The notes beneath the pieces are model-generated. The model had not been told where the DNA came from and did not search any database. It saw only the letters and a list, made by a program, of their open reading frames with translations. A DNA stretch of 39,066 nucleotides from Deltaproteobacteria bacterium (lineage in GTDB: Bacteria > UBA10199 > SPLOWO2-01-44-7): contig JACQMB010000091.1 of the NCBI GenBank assembly GCA_016203765.1, forward strand, positions 1-39,066. The letters are read 5' to 3'. The position numbers and the translations under genes were made by a program. Shown piece by piece: positions 1 to 7,745 of the stretch (the first letter of the stretch is position 1; every line of letters starts with the position of its first letter).

Positions 1-326
1 ACCATGAACCTCGCCGCGAAAAAGATCGGGATCAAAATATATTCATTGGCCTTGGCCGAATCGATCTGACGGGTCCGGACGACCGCCAGCGCCATGGAGA
101 AACTGGACCAGATCAGGACAACGGTATTGACCGCCCCCAGCACCTTGTTCAAATGATGCGAGGCCTCGTGAAACATCTCCGGGTAGAGGGCCCGGTAGAT
201 GATGTAGGTGACAAACAAACCGCCAAACAACAGGATTTCGGTCACCAAAAAGAGCCAAAGCCCCAATTTGGACGATTCAAACGCCTGCTCGGCACTCTCA
301 AAATGATGCGGCACGACGTGCTGCAA
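1..326 (-). CDS. coxC: Cytochrome c oxidase subunit III (3' end runs off the window)
   Basis: Not in the ORF track; manual translation from TTG at 326 (preceded by GAGGGAGGGG) gives LQHVVPHHFESAEQAFESSKLGLWLFLVTEILLFGGLF...LGAVNTVVLIWSSFSMALAV, typical of subunit III; downstream of coxA. Confidence 0.92.
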   Translation of the reverse strand, partial: MQHVVPHHFESAEQAFESSKLGLWLFLVTEILLFGGLFVTYIIYRALYPEMFHEASHHLNKVLGAVNTVVLIWSSFSMALAVVRTRQIDSAKANEYILIPIFFAARFM

Positions 327-344
327 TTTACCCCTCCCTCTTTT

Positions 345-372
345 AAGTCCCTAGTCCCTAGTCCCTGGTCCC
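345..372. repeat. Heptamer tandem array (AAGTCCC TAGTCCC TAGTCCC TGGTCCC)
   Basis: Four 7-bp units read directly. Confidence 0.9.
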
Positions 373-687
373 TTCTTCATCCTCATTGATTTTTCTCCAA
401 ACATTCCAAACGGATGAAAAACCAGCATGAGCGAGCCGGTCCTGCCGAAGGCCGGAAGGATCGATCCCGAAAGCGACTTGTGCAGGAGCGAAGCCCGTAT
501 GAGGAGCGAAAATTTGTATGGGTTGCAAAATTTGGGAATTGACGAAGGAAAATTCCCAAATTTTAGCTGTTGCAACCCAACAAATTTTCGCGACGAATAG
601 GGCGAGCGGGCACGGAGCTTTCGGGATCGCATCCTGAAGGCCTTCGGCAAGGCCGGCCAGTGAAAAAAATTCATTTCTTCATCCTCA
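373..687. mobile_element. MITE-like palindromic insertion (386-674) flanked by 13-bp direct repeat TTCTTCATCCTCA
   Basis: Identical 13-mers at 373-385 and 675-687; imperfect inverted repeat about 435-657 with a perfect 14-bp central stem (527-540/551-564). Confidence 0.75.
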
Positions 688-2272
688 CAATCCCATACTC
701 ATACGGTCTTCCGGTAATCTGCGGCGTTTCGTGAAAGTTGTGCATGGTCGGCGGCGAGGCGATCTGCCACTCCAAAGTCTTTCCCCCCCACGGATTATCG
801 AGATCGGTCCGCCTCTTTTCAAAAAAAGTCTTTAAAAAATAAATCAGCATCAGCAGGAATCCCGCGAACAAAAACCAGGAGCCGACCGTTGAGGCGATAT
901 TTAAGTTGGTGAATTCAGCCGGGTAATCGTAATAGCGCCGCGGCATCCCAAGATAACCCATGAGGAATTGGGTAAAAAAGGTCAGATTGAAACCGATAAA
1001 AATCAGGGCCCACGCGATTTTGCCGGCCCACTCCGGATACATCCTGGCGAACATCTTGGGCCACCAGTAGTGAAATCCGGCCAGCAGACCCATCACCGTC
1101 CCTCCCATCATGACATAGTGAAAGTGGGCGACCACGAAATAGGTGTCGTGCAGATGGACATCGACCGAGAGGGCCGCCAAAAAGAGCCCGGTCAGGCCGC
1201 CGATCGTAAACATAAAGATAAACGAGACGGCGTAAAGCATGGGAGTTTTCAGCGAAATCGAACCGCCATACATCGTCGCCGTCCAGTTAAAGACCTTGAT
1301 CGCGGTGGGGACGGCCACAAACATCGTCAACAGGGAAAAAAGAAAATTGGCCAGCTCCGACTGCCCGCTGACGAACATATGATGCCCCCAAACAATAAAA
1401 CTGATAAAGGCGATCGCCAGACTCGAATAGGCAATCGCGTGATAGCCGAAGATATGTTTTCTCGAAAAGACCGGAATGACCTCAGAGATAATGCCCATGC
1501 CTGGCAAAATCATGATGTAAACGGCCGGGTGGGAATAAAACCAGAAGAAGTGCTGAAACAAGACCGGATCACCCCCCAGGGCCGGATCGAAGATGCCGAT
1601 TTTTATCACCCGCTCCATCACCAGCAACAGCGTCGTGATCCCGATCACCGGTGTGGCCAGGACCTGAATAATCGCCGTGGCATAAATCGCCCAGACAAAC
1701 AGCGGCAGACGGAAAAAGGTCATGCCGGGAGCCCTCAACTTGTGAACGGTTACAATGAAATTGAGGCCGGTCAAAATGCCGGAGAATCCCATGATAAAAA
1801 CGCCCAGCGTGATCAGAACCACGCTGGTGGCGCTTCGGATGCTGTAGGGGGTGTAAAAAGTCCAGCCGGTGTCGGCCCCGCGGGCCAACAGGGCCCAGAC
1901 GGCAAAGGAGGCCCCGGTGATAAAAATGTAGTAGCTGGCCAGATTCAATCGCGGGAAGGCGACATCCTTTGCCCCAATCATGATCGGCAGGAAAAAATTG
2001 CCCAATGCCGCCGGAATGATCGGAATGATGAACATAAAAACCATGATGGCGCCGTGGTAGGTGAAAAATTTGTTGTAGGTGTCGGCACTCATGATCGTCT
2101 CGCCCGGAAACATCAATTCGAGGCGAACCAAAAGGGCAAAAACGCCGCCGACCAGAAAGAATAACATGGCGGCGGCCAGATACATCAGCCCGATCCGTTT
2201 GTGGTCGAGGGTAGTCAGCCAGCTCTTCCACCCCTTTTCCGCTTCAAAAAAACTGACCTCGGCATGTGCCAT
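671..2272 (-). CDS. coxA: Cytochrome c oxidase subunit I, type A2
   Basis: [24 protein letters not shown] (YS form = A2), [23 protein letters not shown]; start moved to ATG 2272 just after the coxB stop. Confidence 0.97.
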   Translation of the reverse strand: MAHAEVSFFEAEKGWKSWLTTLDHKRIGLMYLAAAMLFFLVGGVFALLVRLELMFPGETIMSADTYNKFFTYHGAIMVFMFIIPIIPAALGNFFLPIMIGAKDVAFPRLNLASYYIFITGASFAVWALLARGADTGWTFYTPYSIRSATSVVLITLGVFIMGFSGILTGLNFIVTVHKLRAPGMTFFRLPLFVWAIYATAIIQVLATPVIGITTLLLVMERVIKIGIFDPALGGDPVLFQHFFWFYSHPAVYIMILPGMGIISEVIPVFSRKHIFGYHAIAYSSLAIAFISFIVWGHHMFVSGQSELANFLFSLLTMFVAVPTAIKVFNWTATMYGGSISLKTPMLYAVSFIFMFTIGGLTGLFLAALSVDVHLHDTYFVVAHFHYVMMGGTVMGLLAGFHYWWPKMFARMYPEWAGKIAWALIFIGFNLTFFTQFLMGYLGMPRRYYDYPAEFTNLNIASTVGSWFLFAGFLLMLIYFLKTFFEKRRTDLDNPWGGKTLEWQIASPPTMHNFHETPQITGRPYEYGIVRMKK

Positions 2273-2273
2273 T

Positions 2274-3239
2274 TTATTTTCCTCCCAGACTCTTGATAAA
2301 CCCAATCAAGGCATTGATCTCTTCATCGGTCAACTGTCCTTTGAATGTCGGCATGATCGGTTGAAACCCCTTCACGACTTTTTTAGCAGGTTCCATAAGC
2401 GATTCGCGAATGTAATTTTCATCCACGGTCACGGTTCCGCCCCCTTCCAATGCCTCGGTCGCTCCAAAAATCCCCTTTTGGGAGGGCCCCAGGCCTTTCG
2501 AACCGTCGGTGGTATGGCAGGCCTGACAGCCCTTCGCCATAAAAATTTCCCTTCCCTTTTCGGCCAGGCTCTTCGGTTCTGAGGCCGCTTCCCCTTCGGC
2601 CGCCCCGGCCTCGCCCAAAAATCCGGCCAACTGCCACGCCTCAAAGGCCGCCGGCTCCAAAACACGCACCGTGGCCAGCATTCCGGAGTGGGCCGCGCCG
2701 CAATATTCGGCGCAATAGACCGGGTGTTCGCCCGCCTCGGTCGCCTCAAACCAAAGACTGGTATAAGTATTGGGGATGATATCCTGCTTGACCCGGAAAT
2801 CCGGCACGAAAAAACTGTGCAAGACATCCTGCGAGGTCATGATCAGCTTCACCGGTTTTCCCTTGGGAACGACCAATTCATTGGTCAGACGGCGGCCGTC
2901 GGGATATTGAATTTCCCACAACCACTGTTTAGCGATCACGTTGATTTCCATCGCGCCGGCCGGGGCCGACCTCAATTTTTTATAATCGGCCCAACCCCAG
3001 TAAAAAATCACCATGACCCAGACCAGCAAGATGACGGCCACCGAGAGCTCGGTGGCGGTATGGCCGGTGAGATAGAGGCTTTCTTTTTCCGGAATTTTTT
3101 TTCGCCGGAAACGGACCAGAAAGATCAGTTTTCCCAAAACAATAATCAAAAAACTGGCCACGCTGGTCCACAAAACAAAGTCAAAGAGGGTGTCGACCGC
3201 GCCGGCCATCGTGGAGGCTTGGGGCAAACGCCATGTCAT
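2274..3239 (-). CDS. coxB: Cytochrome c oxidase subunit II with C-terminal cytochrome c (caa3 type)
   Basis: QWLW, DVLHSF, CuA motif [12 protein letters not shown], heme c motif CQACH. Confidence 0.96.
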   Translation of the reverse strand: MTWRLPQASTMAGAVDTLFDFVLWTSVASFLIIVLGKLIFLVRFRRKKIPEKESLYLTGHTATELSVAVILLVWVMVIFYWGWADYKKLRSAPAGAMEINVIAKQWLWEIQYPDGRRLTNELVVPKGKPVKLIMTSQDVLHSFFVPDFRVKQDIIPNTYTSLWFEATEAGEHPVYCAEYCGAAHSGMLATVRVLEPAAFEAWQLAGFLGEAGAAEGEAASEPKSLAEKGREIFMAKGCQACHTTDGSKGLGPSQKGIFGATEALEGGGTVTVDENYIRESLMEPAKKVVKGFQPIMPTFKGQLTDEEINALIGFIKSLGGK

Positions 3240-4024
3240 GTCTTTCTCTTCCTTCCCAAACGATAGACCAGAAAACTTAAAGCGAAAATGGTTGCCGCCC
3301 CTCCCGCCTTCATCGCGTTGCTGGCAAACAAGACATATTTATTGGCCTTGGGATCATAGCCGTAACAAAAGAGCAAAAGGCGATCGACTATCGTCCCCAC
3401 CTTCCCCTCCGAAGCCTCGACCAGGGCCAGGCGCAAGTCGCGCGGGCTGAATTGAATGCCGAACAGGGTGCGGGCCAGTTTTCCATCCGGCGTCAGCACA
3501 AACAGGCCGGCGGCGTGGGCGTATTGCTTGATTTCGGGATCGTATTGATAGCGAAAACCGACGGCGTCGGCTAATTGGCGGACGTTTGCTTCGGTTGCCG
3601 TCAAAAAATGCCAGCCAGTCTCGCTCCCCGAACGCCCATATTCTTTCAAGTAATTGGCCTTTTTGGTGCTCGCCAGATCGGGGGTTTCATTCGGATCAAT
3701 GCTGACCGCGACCATTTCGAACTCCCGGCCGGCACTCCATTTCAGCCCCTTCAATCCTTCAAGTGTTCCATTCAATAAGTAGGTGCAAAGGTTCGGACAT
3801 CCGTAATAAACCAGCTCCAAAATAACCGGTTTGTTCTCTTTGAAATATTTTCCCAGGGTCACGGTTTCGCCGGCCTCATCGGTAAATTCCAGCTCCAGGG
3901 GAAAGACCGTTCCCAGTTTGGGATCGATGCCGACGTTCTGGAGCATGGCGGGCGTGGGCTCCGCGGCTAAAAGACTTGCAGATAGCAAAGCCAAGATTAG
4001 GGCCATGGACCACAGTCTCCTCAC
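3236..4024 (-). CDS. SCO1/SenC family copper chaperone
   Basis: YYGCPNLC (CxxxC), VSIDP, YAHAAG; GTG 4024 overlaps the actF stop (ATG 4006 is an alternative start). Confidence 0.9.
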   Translation of the reverse strand: MRRLWSMALILALLSASLLAAEPTPAMLQNVGIDPKLGTVFPLELEFTDEAGETVTLGKYFKENKPVILELVYYGCPNLCTYLLNGTLEGLKGLKWSAGREFEMVAVSIDPNETPDLASTKKANYLKEYGRSGSETGWHFLTATEANVRQLADAVGFRYQYDPEIKQYAHAAGLFVLTPDGKLARTLFGIQFSPRDLRLALVEASEGKVGTIVDRLLLFCYGYDPKANKYVLFASNAMKAGGAATIFALSFLVYRLGRKRKT

Positions 4025-5190
4025 TGGTGATAACTCAACCCCTCTTCCAGCCACGGATCCCTCCTTGCCACCGGCGGTATTCTTTGCAAAACCGCGGTGA
4101 CACTTAGAACAAACAAACCTAAAAAGCCAAGCAAAATTCCCAACTCCATCCAGCCGAAGGCCGGCGCCCCCACCGTCGGAAAAACAATCCAATAGATATC
4201 CAGATATTGAAAGACCAAAACCCAGACCGCCACCAAGGCCAAAAAGAATTCATTTCTCTTGGCCCAGCGGGACAACAGCAAAAAGAAGGGAACAATAAAC
4301 TTGCCGAACAACAGCGCCAGCGCCACCGGCGTCCAGCTCCCCTCGGTGCGGCGAATCATGTAGGGCGTTTCTTCGGGCAGGTTGCCGTACCAGATCAGCA
4401 TGTATTGCGAAAAGGCAATGTAGGCCCAGAAGACGCAAAAGGCGAACATCAGTTTCCCCAGGTCATGCAGGTGGTTTTCATTGATCACGCCCCGCAAAGC
4501 CCCCTGCCGCCGCAGGGCCAGGACAAACAAAATCGTGATGGCCATCCCGCTCTCAAACAGGCCGGCGAAACAATAGACGCCGAAGATGGTTGAAAACCAG
4601 TGGGGCTCGAGCGACATCAACAAATCAAAGGAGGCCAACGTAAACGTAATCCCGAACAAAACCAAAAACGGAGCCGAGACTTTTTTGTTTTTGAAGGTCA
4701 GCTCGACCGCTCCCGTTCGATCCTGTCGGAGCGAATTGCGAATCAAATAGAAGGCGACCCCAATCCAAAGGACAAAAAACAAAAGATTACGGATCACAAA
4801 GAAGGGCATGTTCAAATAGCCCCGCTTTCCGCTCAAGAGCGGATCGCCCGCCACCGCCTCATGATGGGTCCACTCGTAAAGATGATGCGAGCCGGCAAAA
4901 AGGATGAGCAACAGGACAAAAGCGACGGGGAGAAAACCGGTCAGGGCCTCGGGGACCCGTTTCAGGGGCGAAGCCCACTGGGAGGTGGTCACGTAACTCA
5001 AGGCGATAAAAAAGAGACCGGAAATGGAAAGCGAAAACCAGAAAAAATAGTTGAGCAAATAGTTGTGCCAGGCCCGGCCGGCATCCTGACCCAGTCCGAC
5101 GAAAAACGCGGCGGCGCCCAAGGCCGTGAGCCCCAAATAGAAAAAGTGCATCCGGGGCGACATCCGAAATGGTTTTGATTGATGTTCCAT
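4021..5190 (-). CDS. actF: Alternative complex III membrane subunit ActF
   Basis: Polytopic membrane protein; DLLMSLEPHWFSTIFG, HDLGKLMFAF, SQYMLIWYGNLPEET; operon position. Confidence 0.92.
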   Translation of the reverse strand: MEHQSKPFRMSPRMHFFYLGLTALGAAAFFVGLGQDAGRAWHNYLLNYFFWFSLSISGLFFIALSYVTTSQWASPLKRVPEALTGFLPVAFVLLLILFAGSHHLYEWTHHEAVAGDPLLSGKRGYLNMPFFVIRNLLFFVLWIGVAFYLIRNSLRQDRTGAVELTFKNKKVSAPFLVLFGITFTLASFDLLMSLEPHWFSTIFGVYCFAGLFESGMAITILFVLALRRQGALRGVINENHLHDLGKLMFAFCVFWAYIAFSQYMLIWYGNLPEETPYMIRRTEGSWTPVALALLFGKFIVPFFLLLSRWAKRNEFFLALVAVWVLVFQYLDIYWIVFPTVGAPAFGWMELGILLGFLGLFVLSVTAVLQRIPPVARRDPWLEEGLSYHQ

Positions 5191-5197
5191 ATATTTC

Positions 5198-5824
5198 CTA
5201 TTCGGTCCCCGACCCCTGGTCCGTAGTCCGTGGTCCGTAGTCCGTAGTCCCTCTTCTCAAATATTCCCCCACATCCTCCTGTGTCGCCCCCTCCGCCCTT
5301 TGCAACGCGCGGAGATAATGAATCGCCGCCCATCGTTTTTCGGCATTGATTTGCGAGGCATAGGAGGGCATCAAGTTTTGTCCTTCAGTAACGACGTGAA
5401 AAATCCTCCCATCGGGCCAGTTCCGCACCTTCTCGGAATGGAGCGACGGCGGTCTGGGAAAGGGCGGGACCACGGAGCCATTCCCGTCCCCCTTTTCACC
5501 ATGGCAGACAATGCAATGGGTTTTATAAACTTTTTCCCCCGCCAGCATTGCCTCTTTCGTCATCGGCAGGGGATTTTTCAACTCCCTCCCGGCCGCCTCG
5601 GGGTCTTCCTTATAAGGATAGGGCTGGTAGCCACGCGGAATCGTCCCCGGGACCGGCAGAAAGGCGCTACGACGGTGCGGCAGGCTTTTGTCGTATTCAT
5701 AGGCCTTCAACGCCGGCTGGTCCATCATGTCGGACATGTATTCCCAGGCCGGTTTTGATTTCGAGCACCCGCCCAGCAGGGCGATGGCCGCCGCCAGGCC
5801 GCTATTCCACCATTTTAATTTCAT
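5198..5824 (-). CDS. actE: Alternative complex III monoheme cytochrome c lipoprotein ActE
   Basis: Lipobox LLGGC, DMMDQP, PVPGTIPRG, CIVCH, MPSYA; C-terminal tail encoded by a heptamer array. Confidence 0.92.
   Translation of the reverse strand: MKLKWWNSGLAAAIALLGGCSKSKPAWEYMSDMMDQPALKAYEYDKSLPHRRSAFLPVPGTIPRGYQPYPYKEDPEAAGRELKNPLPMTKEAMLAGEKVYKTHCIVCHGEKGDGNGSVVPPFPRPPSLHSEKVRNWPDGRIFHVVTEGQNLMPSYASQINAEKRWAAIHYLRALQRAEGATQEDVGEYLRRGTTDYGPRTTDQGSGTE
5214..5251. repeat. Heptamer array (CCGTAGT/CCGTGGT, five units) in the actE 3' end
   Basis: Read directly; encodes GTTDYGPRTTDQG. Confidence 0.9.
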
Positions 5825-6326
5825 AAGCCCCGCTTTTTTCTAAAAATTCCCGAACATCCCCTTCCCTAAACCCCTCTTCCTTGGCCGAAATATAGAGGGC
5901 AAAGGCGTCGTTGGTGATTTCCTTGTCCAGCGCCCGCGTGTGATAGTTGGGAAGCCGGCAAAACATCAGCAGTGCGGCGAAAGTGGCCAGCCCGCCCAGC
6001 AATACCGTGCATTCAAACGTGATCGGGATGAAGGCCGGAATCGAAAGGAACGGCTTGCCCCCGATATTGAGCGGCCAGGCAACGGCCGAGGTCCAGATTT
6101 GCAGGCCCAACCCTCCCAAACATCCCGCCAGGCCAAAGACCAGCGTCACCCACGGAATGAGCGAACGTTTGATCCCCAACAGCTTATCGAGACCGTGCAC
6201 CGGATACGGGGTGAAGGCGTCGCAGTGTTTAAACTGACGCCGCTGCGCCTCCCCGGCCGCCCGCAAGAGGTGGTAGGGGTCCTTAAACACAGCAACAATG
6301 CCTAATAGTTTAGAAGACAAATTCAT
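5802..6326 (-). CDS. actD: Alternative complex III subunit ActD (DUF3341)
   Basis: [30 protein letters not shown]. Confidence 0.92.
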   Translation of the reverse strand: MNLSSKLLGIVAVFKDPYHLLRAAGEAQRRQFKHCDAFTPYPVHGLDKLLGIKRSLIPWVTLVFGLAGCLGGLGLQIWTSAVAWPLNIGGKPFLSIPAFIPITFECTVLLGGLATFAALLMFCRLPNYHTRALDKEITNDAFALYISAKEEGFREGDVREFLEKSGAYEIKMVE

Positions 6327-7677
6327 GCTCCTGTTCTGTTTTTCTTCCCGTATGCATGGTCGCCTTGACCTCCGACATGGCGATGGTCGGGAAGAGACGG
6401 CAAAAAATCAGAAAGAAAGTAAAGAAAAACCCGAAACTAAACAGCGTGTATCCCCAATCAACGAAGGTCGGGATGTATTGATCCCAGTTCACCGGCAAAA
6501 AGTCGCGGTGGAGGGAGGTCACAATGATGGTGAAGCGTTCAAACCACATCCCGATATTGATGATCAACGAAAGAACAAACATGATCGGAATGGAGCGGCG
6601 CCATTTTTTCACCCAGAAAACCTGGGGGGCCGCCACGTTGGAAAAAATCATCGTCCAGTAGGCCCAGGCATAGGGGCCCAGCGCCCGGTTTTTGAAGGTA
6701 AACCATTCATAGGTATTGCCGGAATACCAGGCTGTGAAAAACTCGCAGGCATAGGCGTATCCCACCATCATGCCGGTCACCAAAATGATCTTGTTCATGT
6801 TTTCCAGGTGAACCATCGTGATGTAGTCTTCCAGCCCAAAGACCTTGCGGACAATGACCAGCAGTGTCACCACCATCGCGAATCCGGAAAAAATGGCGCC
6901 GGCGACAAAGTAGGGGGGAAAAATAGTAGTATGCCAACCGGGCAGGATGGAAACGGCGAAATCGAAACTGACGATCGAGTGAACGGAGAGGACCAGCGGG
7001 GTCGAAAGCCCGGCCAGAATCAAATAGGCGGTTTCGTAATGGTTCCAGTGACGCTGGCTTCCCCGCCAACCGAGGGCCAACAAGCTGTAGACGATTTTGC
7101 GAATCCTGTTTTTGGCCCGGTCCCTCACCGAGGCAAAATCGGGGATGAGCCCCATATACCAAAAAACGAGCGAGATCGTAAAATAGGTGGAGACAGCAAA
7201 AACATCCCACAACAGCGGGGAGCGGAAATTGACCCACAAATTCCGCAAATTGGGATAAGGGAGGAGCCAAAAGAAAAACCAATTGCGTCCCAAATGGATC
7301 AGCGGAAAGAGGCCGGCGGTCATCACGGCAAAAATAGTCATCGCCTCGGCGGCGCGGTTGATCGAGGTGCGCCAGCGCTGTCTAAAGAGGTGCAGGATGG
7401 CGGAAATCAGCGTCCCGGCGTGGCCGATCCCGATCCAAAAAACAAAGTTGGTGATATCAATCCCCCACCCGACCGGATGGTTAAGCCCCCAAACCCCCAT
7501 GCCGACTTTCAATTGATAGACGATCAGGCCAATTCCCATCAGAAAGAGGGACACGGAGATTCCAAAGGCAACGGTCCACGCGCGGGTTGGAAAACTCTCC
7601 AGCGGACGGCAGACGTCGGAGTTCACGTCGGCTATCTTTTTCGCCGGGTTAATTAAGGGTTCTTTTTCAAAATCCAT
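6310..7677 (-). CDS. actC: Alternative complex III NrfD-family subunit ActC
   Basis: [53 protein letters not shown]. Confidence 0.96.
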   Translation of the reverse strand: MDFEKEPLINPAKKIADVNSDVCRPLESFPTRAWTVAFGISVSLFLMGIGLIVYQLKVGMGVWGLNHPVGWGIDITNFVFWIGIGHAGTLISAILHLFRQRWRTSINRAAEAMTIFAVMTAGLFPLIHLGRNWFFFWLLPYPNLRNLWVNFRSPLLWDVFAVSTYFTISLVFWYMGLIPDFASVRDRAKNRIRKIVYSLLALGWRGSQRHWNHYETAYLILAGLSTPLVLSVHSIVSFDFAVSILPGWHTTIFPPYFVAGAIFSGFAMVVTLLVIVRKVFGLEDYITMVHLENMNKIILVTGMMVGYAYACEFFTAWYSGNTYEWFTFKNRALGPYAWAYWTMIFSNVAAPQVFWVKKWRRSIPIMFVLSLIINIGMWFERFTIIVTSLHRDFLPVNWDQYIPTFVDWGYTLFSFGFFFTFFLIFCRLFPTIAMSEVKATMHTGRKTEQEHEFVF

Positions 7678-7681
7678 TTTT

Positions 7682-7744
7682 TGTGTTTATGTGTTTATGT
7701 GCCTATGTGTTTATGAGACATAAACACATGAACACATGAACACA
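7682..7744. repeat. Inverted pair of octamer arrays (TGTGTTTA x4, then CATRAACA x3)
   Basis: Fills the whole actB-actC intergenic gap; the halves are reverse complements. Confidence 0.9.
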
Positions 7745-7745
7745 G

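Noticed and set aside
351-674. 107-aa ORF overlapping the coxA stop by ATGA
   Set aside because: It is a read-through of the palindromic insert plus the displaced RMKKGPGTRD tail, with no protein-like features; translation by coupling cannot be fully excluded
968-7656. Long + strand ORFs (968-2164, 2688-3266, 4600-5178, 6298-7656)
   Set aside because: Antisense shadows of well-supported membrane-protein genes in GC-rich DNA
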